Shown here one piece after another: positions 29,101 to 38,857 of a stretch of 64,000 bases of DNA. The stretch is from an uncultured Chloroflexia bacterium (GTDB lineage: Bacteria > Chloroflexota > Limnocylindria > QHBO01), in NCBI GenBank assembly GCA_963825525.1, contig CAWGTN010000002.1:1024001-1088000 (forward strand), in the 5' to 3' direction. The notes below the pieces were generated by a model. It was not told where the DNA came from, did not search any database, and saw only the letters and a program-made list of their open reading frames with translations. The position numbers were made by a program, and so were the translations under genes. Within the stretch, counting starts at the first letter, position 1. Each line of letters starts with the position of its first letter.

Positions 29101-29487
29101 CTACTCCTGATTCGTCCTGCCGAACCCGATGTCCACCACTTCCCGGGTGCCATCTGCGAAGTGGGCGATCACCTGGCCGACCCCTTCGCCGGCGTCGCAA
29201 TGCTCCGCGTCGCACGTCACAACGACTTGAACGACGGCGGGATGCTCAGGGGAGAGGCTGAGCAGGCCGACTCTGGCGCGCGACAGGCAGTGCTCCGGAG
29301 CCATCTCATCAGCGCAGGCGACGGGCACTCCGTCGACCGTCAGAGCCGGAGCGGTCGGGGCGGGGGCAGTCGGGAGCGGAGTCGGCGACGTATCGAACGG
29401 ACCGCAGGCGCCGATGAGGGTCAGCGCCGCCAGGACCGCGGCGGTTCTCGCAGCAGATCGCACCAGATCCTCGAACGTGCCGGTCAC
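29101..29487 (-). CDS. Hypothetical lipoprotein with four further Cys
   Basis: LTLIGAC lipobox, Pro/Thr linker. Confidence 0.6.
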   Translation of the reverse strand: MTGTFEDLVRSAARTAAVLAALTLIGACGPFDTSPTPLPTAPAPTAPALTVDGVPVACADEMAPEHCLSRARVGLLSLSPEHPAVVQVVVTCDAEHCDAGEGVGQVIAHFADGTREVVDIGFGRTNQE

Positions 29488-29576
29488 GATGATCCTCGCT
29501 GTTTCTCACTATCGGGCAGGTCGCGCAACATCTTGACAGCGCCGTCCGATGACTGACCACAGGCTACACTTGGCGA

Positions 29577-29765
29577 ATGTCAGAGCCGATGGTCTGCGAT
29601 TCGTGCGGCAAGAGCGTCGCACCGGGCACCCCGGCATTCGGCGACCGACGGCGGATCGACGAGGGGCGATTCCTGTGCGGCGAGTGCGCCAGGGCCGACA
29701 AGGCTGCTGAACCGCCCGGCGCCCCGGTATCGATGCCGAATACGAACTTCCCGAACACGCACTGA
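29577..29765 (+). CDS. Small zinc-finger-like protein (62 aa)
   Basis: CDSC...CGEC; TACACT -10 element 6 nt before the ATG. Confidence 0.65.
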   Translation: MSEPMVCDSCGKSVAPGTPAFGDRRRIDEGRFLCGECARADKAAEPPGAPVSMPNTNFPNTH

Positions 29766-29794
29766 CGGCGCCACCGCGCCGGAGAACCGACCGC

Positions 29795-30211
29795 TCAGAG
29801 GAAGCGCAGCTCGTCGGCCTCGGGGCGATCCACGGCGCGGGCGCAGGTCGGGCACCACAGCCGCGCCTCGACGGGCGTGCCGCACAGGGCGTGACGCATC
29901 GGCTCCGCGTGGGCCGAACCGCGAGACCCCCAGTCGGCAAGCAAGCGCAGGACGCCGGCCAGCTCCAAACCTTCGTCAGTGAGCGCATAGGTGAAACGTG
30001 GCGGCCGCTCCGAGTAGGGAGTGGCGCGCAGGATCTTCTCCCCCTCCAGGCGCTTCAGGCGATCGGACAGGATGTTCGGCGCAATCCCATCCACGGTCTC
30101 CGATAGCTCACCGAATCGGCGCGGGCCGTCGAGCAGCGCCTCGATGAGCAGGAGGCTCCATCGATCTCCGACGCGTTCGAGCGCCGCGGCAAGGGGTGTC
30201 TGGGAGGCCAT
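29795..30211 (-). CDS. HxlR-family winged-helix regulator
   Basis: ALERVGDRWSLLLI, GPRRF, ILSDRLKRL, YALTDEG, C-terminal HxxC..CxxC. Confidence 0.92.
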   Translation of the reverse strand: MASQTPLAAALERVGDRWSLLLIEALLDGPRRFGELSETVDGIAPNILSDRLKRLEGEKILRATPYSERPPRFTYALTDEGLELAGVLRLLADWGSRGSAHAEPMRHALCGTPVEARLWCPTCARAVDRPEADELRFL

Positions 30212-30234
30212 CGGCTGATCGTAGGGCATCGGCC

Positions 30235-30275
30235 TTGACACCGGCTGTCGAAGGAGTAACTTGCGCATTGCAAGT
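30235..30275 (+). promoter_or_regulatory. Promoter and palindromic operator for the protease operon
   Basis: TTGACA-16nt-TAACTT overlapped by ACTTGC-GCATT-GCAAGT (30259-30275). Confidence 0.7.
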
Positions 30276-30299
30276 CACATGCTACTGACGGAGATGGGA

Positions 30300-31174
30300 A
30301 TGACAAGCCTGGCTGAGCTGGGACAGGAAATCGGCGGAATCGCGGAGCGCGTCGGACCATCGGTGGTCGGGATCGGCAACCGATGGCGTGGCGGCTCCGG
30401 CGTGGTCATCGGCGAGAACCGGATCCTGACGAATGCGCACAACCTCCACGGCGACGAGGTGACGATCACCTTCGCCGATGGACGAACCGCCGAGGCGAAG
30501 GCACTCGGCGTCGACACCGACGGCGACCTCGCCGTCCTCGAGGCATCGACAGAAGGCGCCGCGGCGCTGGAGCTGGGCGCCGATGCACCCGGCGTCGGCG
30601 CAGCCGTGGTGGCCCTCGGCAACCCGAACGGCCACGGGCCGCGGGTCACGTTCGGCTTCGTGTCGGGCACCGGCCGGTCCTTCCGTGGGCCGCGCGGCCG
30701 CCGTGTTGCCGGAGCCATCGAGCACACCGCGCCGCTCATGCCGGGCTCGTCCGGCGGACCGGTCGTCGACCTCGACGGCAGGCTGCTCGGCATCAACACC
30801 AACCGGCTCGGCAACGGCTTCTACCTGGCGATCGCCGCCGATGCGACCCTGCGCGACCGAGTCACCGCCCTGGGCCGGGGCGAGTCGCCGACCCGTCGCC
30901 GTCTTGGCGTTGGCCTGGCCCCATCCCACGTTGCGCGACAGCTGCGTCGCGCCGTCGGACTTCCCGAGCGCGATGGGCTCCTCGTCCGCGAGGTGGAGGA
31001 CGACTCCCCCGCCGCGAAGGCCGGGATCGCCGAGGGCGACCTCATCGTGGCGGTCGGTGGCAACGGAGATCACCAGCGCCGACGACCTGTTCGAGGCGCT
31101 GGGCGGCATCGACCCGCTCGAGATCACGCGTCGTGCGCGGCGCGGACGAGAAGCAGGTGACGGTGAGCGAGTGA
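30300..31174 (+). CDS. HtrA/S1C trypsin-like protease with PDZ domain, no signal peptide (frameshifts near 31060-31130)
   Basis: GSGVV, TNAH, DLAVL, PGSSGGP, GINT, PDZ (SPAAKAGIAEGDLI); the tail ITSADDLFEAL...VVRGADEK lies in other frames. Confidence 0.85.
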
Positions 31175-31546
31175 TCGGTTTGGGCCCGACGCATTGCCGC
31201 GGCCCTCAAGCGCGGCCAGGTGATCGACATCACGACCACCGGCCGCAAGTCCGGCGAACCGCGGCGCATCGAGCTCGTGTACCACAACGTGGATGGCAAG
31301 GGATCTGATCAGCGGCCAGCCGGGCTACCCGCGCGGCTGGATCGCCAACCTGGCGCCGACCCGGCATGACCTTCCACCTGAAGCGCGACGTGGTTGCCGA
31401 CCTGCCGGCTACGCGGGCGGGTCGATCACGGATCGAGCCGAACGAGAGCGCGTTCTCGAGCCGATCGCCCGCGCTATGGGAAGGTCGACCTGGGCGTGAT
31501 GGTCGCCTCCGCGCCACTGGTCGAGGTGACCTTCCCGGAGGGGTAG
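31165..31546 (+). CDS. Deazaflavin-dependent nitroreductase-like split-barrel protein, multiply frameshifted
   Basis: Fragments IDITTTGRKSGEPRRIE, RGWIANL, TFHLKRDVVADLPA and PLVEVTF across frames; boundaries approximate. Confidence 0.6.
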
Positions 31547-31580
31547 CCGAGCCACCTGGCCGGCGGCGTAGGCTGCGCGA

Positions 31581-32063
31581 ATGTACGAGTACATCGTGCT
31601 TCTCCACGTCATCGGCGCCTTCACCTTCGCCCTGGCCCACGGAGTCTCGATGGCAGTGGCGCTGCGGTTGCGGGGCGTCCAATCTCGGGAGCAGGTGGCG
31701 GCGCTCCTCGACCTCTCGGGGCTCTCGATCATGGCGCTCTACATCGGCCTGCTCCTCCTCCTGGTCGGTGGCGTGTGGGCCGGCTTCGCCGGCGACCACT
31801 GGGGCCAGCCGTGGATCTGGGCGTCGGTCGGCGTCCTCGTCGTCGTCATCGTGGCGATGTACGCGATCGCGACGCCGTTCTACGGTCGAATGCGTGCGGC
31901 GGCCGGCGTGCTCACCGATCCGAAGCAGGTCGCGAAGTTCGGCGAGTTCGCGCCCGATGACCTCGACCGCATGCGCCGATCGTCGCGCCCGATCTGGCTG
32001 ACGATCATCGGCTCGGTGGGGTTCCTGGCGCTCCTGTGGCTCATGGTGGTCAAGCCGTTCTGA
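31581..32063 (+). CDS. DUF2269-like 4-TM membrane protein
   Basis: LLHVIGA N-terminus, PWIWAS, C-terminal WLMVVKPF. Confidence 0.75.
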   Translation: MYEYIVLLHVIGAFTFALAHGVSMAVALRLRGVQSREQVAALLDLSGLSIMALYIGLLLLLVGGVWAGFAGDHWGQPWIWASVGVLVVVIVAMYAIATPFYGRMRAAAGVLTDPKQVAKFGEFAPDDLDRMRRSSRPIWLTIIGSVGFLALLWLMVVKPF

Positions 32064-32103
32064 CCGACGCGGTCGGTGCGTCGTCCCCTCTAGACTTCGC
32101 GCC

Positions 32104-32780
32104 ATGTTCCAGGCCATCCACATCATCGGCACCGGCCGCGCCGGGGGCGCGATTCGCGCCCGCCTGGTCGGGAGCATGGCCTGGCGGTCACCGATGGCCG
32201 CGACGTGGAGCCCGACGCGGAGCTCGTGGTCATCTGCGTTCCCGACTCCGCGATCCCCGAGGTTGCGGCGACGGTGGAGATCGGACCGTGGGTGGCGCAC
32301 GTCAGCGGAGCTACCCGGCTCGCCGCTCTCACACCGCACGAGCGTAGGTTCAGCATCCATCCCCTTCAGACGCTGAGCACGAGCCGCGGACCGGAGCAGC
32401 TCGACGGTGCCTGGGCGGCGGTCAGCGGCGAGAACCCCGAGGCGCTGAAGCGGGCGCGATGGCTCGCCGAGACGCTCGGCCTCCGACCATTCGAGATCGC
32501 CGAGGCCGACCGGGCGCTCTACCACGCGGCGGCGGTGATGGGTGGAAACTTCCTCGTCACCCTGCACCGGGCGGCCAGCCGTCTGCTCGACGAGGTGGGA
32601 GTCCCGCCGGAGGCCATCGTCCCGCTCATGCGGCGCACGATCGAGAACGAGTTCGAACTCACCGGGCCCATCGCGCGGGGGGACTGGGCGACCGTCGAGG
32701 CGCACCTCGCGGCGCTCGAGGAGCGGGCACCTGACCTGGTGCCGCTCTACCGGGTCATGGCCGAGGCCACACGCGAATGA
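32104..32780 (+). CDS. Rossmann-like plus DUF2520 protein (PanG-type ketopantoate reductase candidate; frameshift about 32170-32200)
   Basis: IIGTGRAG, then VPDSAI, HVSGA, SIHPLQT, YHAAAV, LTGPIARGD; overlaps panC. Confidence 0.8.
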
Positions 32781-33579
32781 GGATCGTCCGAACGGTCGCC
32801 GATGTCCGAGAGGCGCTGGCGCCGGCCCGCGAGCGCGGCGATCGGATCGGGCTGGTGCCGACCATGGGCGCCTTCCATGCGGGCCACCTCGCGCTCATGC
32901 GAGCCGCCCGGGCTTCCGTCGGACCTCGTGGTCGTCAGCCTGTTCGTCAACCCCGCGCAGTTCACCGCGGCGGAAGACCTCGCCCGCTACCCGCGCGACG
33001 AGGAGCGCGATGCCCGGGACGCCGGGGCGGAAGGGGTCGATCTGCTCTTCGCTCCGAACGTCGAGGAGCTGTATCCCGCCGGCTTCGAGACCCGGATTGA
33101 TCCAGGCTCCCTGGCGACCGTTCTCGAGGGAGCGGCTCGCCCCGGCCACTTCGCCGCGGTGGCCACCATCTGCACGAAGCTGTTCGCGATCGTCCAGCCC
33201 CACGCCGCGTGGTTCGGGCAGAAGGACGCTCAGCAGATCGCCGTCGTGCGGCGGGTGGTGGCGGACCTGGACCTGCCGCTCGAGATCACCGCGCTGCCAA
33301 CGGTGCGAGCGGATGACGGCCTGGCGCTCTCGTCACGCAACGTCTTCCTGTCCGCGAACGAGCGAGCGGCGGCATTGAGCCTGCCGCGGGCACTCGAGGC
33401 CGGCCTGGCGGCGCACGCCGAAGGGCGCGACGCGGTCGAGGCGGCAGCCAGCATCCTGCGCACCGCACCGGGACCTGACCGTCGAGTACGTCGAGGTCGC
33501 CGACTTCGACGGTCCCACGCTGGTCGCCGCAATCCGCGTCGGGTCGACGCGGCTGATCGACAACGTCCGGCTCGGATGA
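32777..33579 (+). CDS. panC: Pantoate-beta-alanine ligase (frameshifts about 32915 and 33470)
   Basis: LVPTMGAFHAGH, VSLFVNPAQF, YPRD, RPGHF, FGQKDAQQ, DGLALSSRN, RLIDN. Confidence 0.92.
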
Positions 33580-33599
33580 CGGCCCGGGCCCGGCGCAAA

Positions 33600-33628
33600 T
33601 TGACAACCGATCGGCGCGGGTGGACGCT
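33600..33628 (+). promoter_or_regulatory. Internal leaderless promoter for panB
   Basis: TTGACA-17nt-GACGCT, 6 nt before ATG 33635. Confidence 0.55.
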
Positions 33629-33634
33629 AGCCCG

Positions 33635-34498
33635 ATGATGAAGGCCCACGCGCCAATCGGCCTGCCCGAGATCGCCGCCATGAAACGCGACGGCACGAAG
33701 ATCGTGATGGTGACGGCCTACGACCACCCATCGGCTCGACTGGCGTCCGAGGCCGGAATCGACATGATCCTGGTGGGTGATTCGGCGGGCAACAACGTCC
33801 TCGGATACGACTCCACCGTTCCGGTGACCATGGACGAGGCCGTCATGCTCACCGCGGCCGTGGCCCGCGCTCGGCCGCACTCGCTGGTCGTTGGCGACAT
33901 GCCGTTCGGGTCCTTCCAGGCATCGGATCGTGACGCGATCGGCAACGCGGTCCGCCTGGTCAAGGCCGGTGCCGATGCCGTGAAGCTCGAAGGGGCGGGG
34001 CCGATGGTGTCGCGCGTTCGCGCGATCGTCGACGGCGGGGTGCCGGTCATGGGCCACGTGGGCCTGACTCCGCAATCGGCGACGATGCTGGGCGGCATGA
34101 AAGCACAGGGACGGACGGCAGCCACGGCGCGCCGTCTGCTTCGCGACGCTCGAGAGCTCGAGGCGGCCGGCGCCTTCGCCCTGGTGCTCGAGTCGGTGCC
34201 GGCCCGGATTGCGGCACATGTGACGGAGACCCTCACCATCCCGACCATCGGGATCGGGGCCGGACCCGGTTGCGATGGACAGGTGCTCGTCTGGCACGAC
34301 CTGCTGGGCATCAACGAGGGAGAGGCCCCGCGCTTCGTGAAGCGCTACGCGGACCTCGCCAACCAGACGCGAGTCGGGCTGGCCGGCTTCGCAGCCGACG
34401 TCCGCGCGGGCGCTTACCCGGCCGACGAACACGAGTACAAGATCGCGAGCGAGGAGCTGAAGGCCTTCGAGGCCGATCTCGAGCGCACCAAGACCTAG
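33635..34498 (+). CDS. panB: 3-methyl-2-oxobutanoate hydroxymethyltransferase
   Basis: MVTAYD, LVGDS, GDMPFGS, AVKLEG, GHVGLTPQ, IGIGAG..DGQVLV. Confidence 0.96.
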   Translation: MMKAHAPIGLPEIAAMKRDGTKIVMVTAYDHPSARLASEAGIDMILVGDSAGNNVLGYDSTVPVTMDEAVMLTAAVARARPHSLVVGDMPFGSFQASDRDAIGNAVRLVKAGADAVKLEGAGPMVSRVRAIVDGGVPVMGHVGLTPQSATMLGGMKAQGRTAATARRLLRDARELEAAGAFALVLESVPARIAAHVTETLTIPTIGIGAGPGCDGQVLVWHDLLGINEGEAPRFVKRYADLANQTRVGLAGFAADVRAGAYPADEHEYKIASEELKAFEADLERTKT

Positions 34499-35388
34499 GC
34501 GTCGAGCCGAACGCTCCGTTCGATCGCTTCGCCGAGCGCGTCGTCCAACGCCGACGAGAGGGCGAACACCGTCTCAATGGTTGCGCGGCTGCCGTCGCCG
34601 CTGCTGACGGCAAAGACGACGTCCCCGTCCCACATCGTGTGGGCCGGCCGGATCAATCGGGCCAGGGTGTCATGAGCCAGCCCCGCCAGCGCCTGGCATT
34701 GCGCCCGATCCAGTGCGGCATCCGTTGCCACGACCACGAGGACGGTGTTGCCGGCCACGGGCGACGGTGCCGCTGGATCCGCCGCGGCAAGGACGCGACC
34801 GTCGCGGGCCGTGACGTTGCCAAGGCAGTTGTTGGCGACCAGCGCACCCACCAGGTGGCCATCGGTCATCCGTCGCGCAGCGCTGCCGATGCCCGCCGGC
34901 ACGCCCGCCCCGCCGAGCTTTGCGACGGTGGCGCCGGTGCCTGCGCCCACCCGGCCCTCGAGCGGTCCCTCGTTCGCCTCGGCAGCCAGCGTGGCGAGAT
35001 GGCCGGCATCCGGGCCGGGGAACGCCGTCGGATCGCCGATCCCGAGGTCGTAGAGGATGGCGGCCGGCACGATCGGCACCGGTCGGACCGGCGTGACGAA
35101 GCCGACGCCGCGTTCCGCCAGGCGGCGCATGACCCCGTCCGCCGCACCGAGCCCGAACGCAGACCCGCCGGCAAGGCAGATGGCGTTCACCCGCTCGACG
35201 AGTGCCGTCGGACGAAGCAGGTCCGTTTCGCGGGTGCCCGGCGCGGAGCCGCGCACGTCGACCCCGGCGACCATCCCGTCGTCATCGGCAAGGATCACGG
35301 TGCAGCCGGTTGCCGCGGCGGTATCGGTCCAGTGGCCAACCCGGATGCCGGGCACGTCGCGGATGGTGAGGCGCGGCACGGTGCTCAT
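34495..35388 (-). CDS. P1/S58 (DmpA-like) peptidase
   Basis: IRDVPGIRVGH, DVRGSAPGTRETDLL, GGSAFGL, GNTVLVVVATDA, HTMWDGD. Confidence 0.88.
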   Translation of the reverse strand: MSTVPRLTIRDVPGIRVGHWTDTAAATGCTVILADDDGMVAGVDVRGSAPGTRETDLLRPTALVERVNAICLAGGSAFGLGAADGVMRRLAERGVGFVTPVRPVPIVPAAILYDLGIGDPTAFPGPDAGHLATLAAEANEGPLEGRVGAGTGATVAKLGGAGVPAGIGSAARRMTDGHLVGALVANNCLGNVTARDGRVLAAADPAAPSPVAGNTVLVVVATDAALDRAQCQALAGLAHDTLARLIRPAHTMWDGDVVFAVSSGDGSRATIETVFALSSALDDALGEAIERSVRLDA

Positions 35389-36170
35389 CGGCGCAACCAG
35401 TCGAGGACGAGCCGCAGGTAGTCGTCGAAACGGTCGCGGTGGACCGTGTGACCGGAGTCCGCGACGTGGATGCGGGAGTGCGGCGGCAGGGTGGACTCGA
35501 GCTGCCGTCGCGCGGCACCCCACAGGACGGATCGGTCCTCGGCGGCAAGGACGTAGAGCGCAGGCGGCGCGAGCTGTGGAGCGACCTCGAGCACGCGGGC
35601 GCCGGTGTGACGCCGGAACGACGCCATGAGCCCCGGCCGATCCGCCAGCTGCTTGCCCTCCACGTCCTGGCGCGCATCCTCCTCGAGCCAGGATGGATTC
35701 TCCGCGAGCTCGCGGGCGACCTCACCCTCCGGGTCATCGACCGCGGCGAGCAGCTCGCGCTCGAGATTCTCCTGCCAGTCGACGTCGTCGGCGCGGACCA
35801 CCGACGGCGGGTCCTCGAGGACGAGGCGTCCGATCAGCTCCGGCCGGAGGAAGGCGAGCTCCGCCGCCACCGCTCCCCCCAGGGAGTGCCCGATGAGGGC
35901 ATCGACGTGCCCACCCATGCCCTCGATGAGCGATCCGACATCGGCCGCCAACTGGCCGACGGTCGCGTAGCCGTCAATCCGTGGGCTGTGGCCATGCCCG
36001 CGCAGGTCGACCGCAACGACGTGCCAGCCCGCGCTGGCGAGGGCCGGACCCACTCGCCACCAGGTGCGCCACCACCCCGTCACGCCATGGACGAGCACCA
36101 CGGTCGGCGCCGATCCGTCGGCATCTTCCGCCGGCCATTCGTGGGTGGCGAGGGCAAGCGGCTCGTTCAT
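35385..36170 (-). CDS. Alpha/beta hydrolase
   Basis: LVHG, DLRGHGHS, GHSLGG, GHTVH. Confidence 0.9.
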   Translation of the reverse strand: MNEPLALATHEWPAEDADGSAPTVVLVHGVTGWWRTWWRVGPALASAGWHVVAVDLRGHGHSPRIDGYATVGQLAADVGSLIEGMGGHVDALIGHSLGGAVAAELAFLRPELIGRLVLEDPPSVVRADDVDWQENLERELLAAVDDPEGEVARELAENPSWLEEDARQDVEGKQLADRPGLMASFRRHTGARVLEVAPQLAPPALYVLAAEDRSVLWGAARRQLESTLPPHSRIHVADSGHTVHRDRFDDYLRLVLDWLRR

Positions 36171-36219
36171 CAGCCGATGCTACGGCACCCGCGGTACGTG
36201 GCGTGCAAGGGCTGGCGAC

Positions 36220-37878
36220 ATGAGCCTCGAAGCGACCAGCGACCTGTGGTGGAAGAACGCGATCATCTACTGCGTCGACACCCAGGCCTTTCTCGACACG
36301 AACGGCGACGGCGTCGGCGACCTCGACGGGCTGACCCAGCGCATCGACTACCTGGCCGGCCTGGGCGTGACCTGCCTGTGGCTGATGCCGATCTACCCGT
36401 CCCCTGAACGCGACTACGGCTACGACGTGGCCGACTACTACGGCGTGGCCGACAAGTACGGCAGCCTGGGCGACCTCGTCGAGCTGGTGCGAACCGCGAA
36501 GGAGCGCGGCATCCGGGTCATCGCCGACCTCGTGGTCAACCACACCTCGGTCGACCATCCCTGGTTCCAGATGGCGCGCCAGGGCCACCCGATCTACCGC
36601 GACTTCTACGTCTGGGCCGATGAGAAGCCGCCGAACGCCGAGGAAGGAATCATCTTCCCGGGCAAGCAGGAGAGCATCTGGTCCTACGACCGAGCGGCGA
36701 AGCGCTGGTACATGCACCGCTTCTATCCGTTCCAGCCGGACCTCAACATCAACAACCCGCTCGTGCGCAACGAGATCCACAAGGTCATCGGCTTCTGGCT
36801 CGAGCTCGGGCTGTCGGGATTCCGCGTGGATGCCGTGCCGTTCCTCATCGAGCAGGTCAGCCCGGGCAACCCCGCCGTCACCGACCCGCACGACTACCTC
36901 CGCGACCTCGGCGACTTCATGGTTCGGCGCCGCGGCGACGCCATGCTGCTGGCCGAGGCGAACGAACCGGCTGACAAGCTCGCGACCTACTTCGGTGAGC
37001 GCGGCAACCAGATGGACATGCTGTTCAGCTTCATCACCAACCAGGCGCTCTACCTGTCGTTCGTGCGCGGCGACGCCACGCCGGTCGCCGATGCGCTGCG
37101 CTCGCTGCCGCCCATCCCGTCGCAGGCCCAGTGGGCGAACTTCATCAAGAACCACGACGAGGCGTCGCTCGACAAGCTGTCCGACTCGGAGCGCGAGGAG
37201 GTCTTCGCGGCCTTCGCCCCGAAGAAGTCGATGCGCCTGTTCGACCGTGGCATCCGGCGGCGCTTCCCACCGATGGTCGACGGCGACCGGCGTCGCATGG
37301 AGCTCGCGTACAGCCTGCTGTTCAGCCTGCCGGGCACGCCTGTCCTGTTCTACGGCGAGGAGATCGGCCTGGGTGACAACCTGGCCATGACCGACCGCGA
37401 GGCGGTGCGCCTGCCGATGCAATGGTCGGATCGGCCCGGCGGCGGGTTCACGACCGCGGACGAGGGCGACCTGCCGCGACCGATGCTCAAGGACGGACCG
37501 TTCGGCTATCCCAAGCTCAACGTCGAGGAGCAGCGCCGCGACCCGGGCTCGTTCCTGAACTGGACCGAGCGCGCGATCCGGACGCGCAAGGAATGGCCGG
37601 AGTTCGGCTGGGGCACCTGGCAGGTCGTCGGAACGCGCAATCCCGCGGTGCTGGCCCACGTCGCCACCTGGGACGGTGCGTCCGTGCTGGCGGTCCACAA
37701 CTTCTCCGACGCGCCGGCCAAGCTGACAGTGCAGATCCCACCGGACGCGCGTGGTGAACGCTGGCGGCACATCTTCGGGGCCGGCGACGAAGAGGCACCC
37801 GAGATCTCGGGCGATCGGCTCACCTGCGAGATGGCGCCCTACGGCTATCACTGGTACGGACGAAAGGAGGGCGTCTGA
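36220..37878 (+). CDS. GH13 alpha-amylase family, trehalose synthase (TreS)-like
   Basis: WWKNAIIY, DGVGDLDGL, DLVVNHTS, QPDLN, GFRVDAVP, LAEAN, NHDE, YGEEIG. Confidence 0.88.
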   Translation: MSLEATSDLWWKNAIIYCVDTQAFLDTNGDGVGDLDGLTQRIDYLAGLGVTCLWLMPIYPSPERDYGYDVADYYGVADKYGSLGDLVELVRTAKERGIRVIADLVVNHTSVDHPWFQMARQGHPIYRDFYVWADEKPPNAEEGIIFPGKQESIWSYDRAAKRWYMHRFYPFQPDLNINNPLVRNEIHKVIGFWLELGLSGFRVDAVPFLIEQVSPGNPAVTDPHDYLRDLGDFMVRRRGDAMLLAEANEPADKLATYFGERGNQMDMLFSFITNQALYLSFVRGDATPVADALRSLPPIPSQAQWANFIKNHDEASLDKLSDSEREEVFAAFAPKKSMRLFDRGIRRRFPPMVDGDRRRMELAYSLLFSLPGTPVLFYGEEIGLGDNLAMTDREAVRLPMQWSDRPGGGFTTADEGDLPRPMLKDGPFGYPKLNVEEQRRDPGSFLNWTERAIRTRKEWPEFGWGTWQVVGTRNPAVLAHVATWDGASVLAVHNFSDAPAKLTVQIPPDARGERWRHIFGAGDEEAPEISGDRLTCEMAPYGYHWYGRKEGV

Positions 37879-38840
37879 TGGCCCCGATCATCGGCTTCCA
37901 CGCCAGCCACGAGCAGTTCCGGCCGGATCGGCTGCTGCGCCTGGTGCAGTCGGCGGAGGCGGCGGGCTTCGGGGCCGCGATGTGCTCGGATCACTGGGCG
38001 CCGTGGAGCGAGGCCCAGGGCGAGTCTGGCTTCGCATGGTCGTGGCTGGGGGCGGCGCTCCAGGCCACCTCGCTCCAGTTCGGCGTGGTGAACGCTCCCG
38101 GCCAGCGCTACCACCCGGCGATCATCGCCCAGGCCGCCGCAACCCTGAACGTCATGTTCCCCGAGCGCTTCTGGATCGCGGTCGGATCCGGCCAGCTGCT
38201 GAACGAGCACATCACCGGCGAGCGCTGGCCGGCGAAGCCGGAGCGCAACGAGCGGCTGCGCGAAAGCGCTGACATCATGCGTCGTCTGTGGGACGGTGAG
38301 ACGGTCTCACATGACGGCCACGTCACGGTCTCCGAGGCAACGCTCTGGACGCGTCCCGAGCGGCCGACGATGCTCGTCGGCGCGGCCGTGACCCCGGAGA
38401 CCGCGGGCTGGGTCGCCGAATGGGCCGATGCACTGATCACCGTGGTCCAGGCCGATGACCAGCTGGATCGCATCGTCGACGCGTTCCGGTCCAACGGTGG
38501 CGAGGGCAAGCCGATGTACCTCCAGGTGCATCTTGCCTACGCCCCCACCGAATCCGAGGCGCGCGACGCAGCCTTCGCCCAGTGGGGCCAGAACTGCCTG
38601 CCGAACTCGGTCATGACCGACCTGTCCCACCCGTCGCAGATCAAGGATGCGTCGCAGCACGTGGCCCCACAGGACCTCGATGACGCGGTGCGCATCTCGT
38701 CGGACACTGGGCAGCACGTCGAGTGGCTGCAGCGCGAGCTTGCGCGCGGGTTCGATCGGCTCTACCTCCACGAGGTCGGCCCTGAGCAGGAACGGTTCGT
38801 CGAGACCTTCGGCCGGGATGTGCTCCCCCGCCTTCGCTGA
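37878..38840 (+). CDS. LLM-class flavin-dependent oxidoreductase (TIGR03885-like)
   Basis: IGFHASHEQF, MCSDH, QGESGFAWSWLGAA, QRYHPAIIAQA, NEHITG. Confidence 0.88.
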   Translation: MAPIIGFHASHEQFRPDRLLRLVQSAEAAGFGAAMCSDHWAPWSEAQGESGFAWSWLGAALQATSLQFGVVNAPGQRYHPAIIAQAAATLNVMFPERFWIAVGSGQLLNEHITGERWPAKPERNERLRESADIMRRLWDGETVSHDGHVTVSEATLWTRPERPTMLVGAAVTPETAGWVAEWADALITVVQADDQLDRIVDAFRSNGGEGKPMYLQVHLAYAPTESEARDAAFAQWGQNCLPNSVMTDLSHPSQIKDASQHVAPQDLDDAVRISSDTGQHVEWLQRELARGFDRLYLHEVGPEQERFVETFGRDVLPRLR

Positions 38841-38857
38841 AGGTCTGCGATCATGGC

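Noticed and set aside
32777-33579. Programmed ribosomal frameshifting or pseudogene status for panC
   Set aside because: No slippery heptamer is evident, motifs are intact, and neighbouring genes show similar breaks, so sequencing error is more parsimonious.
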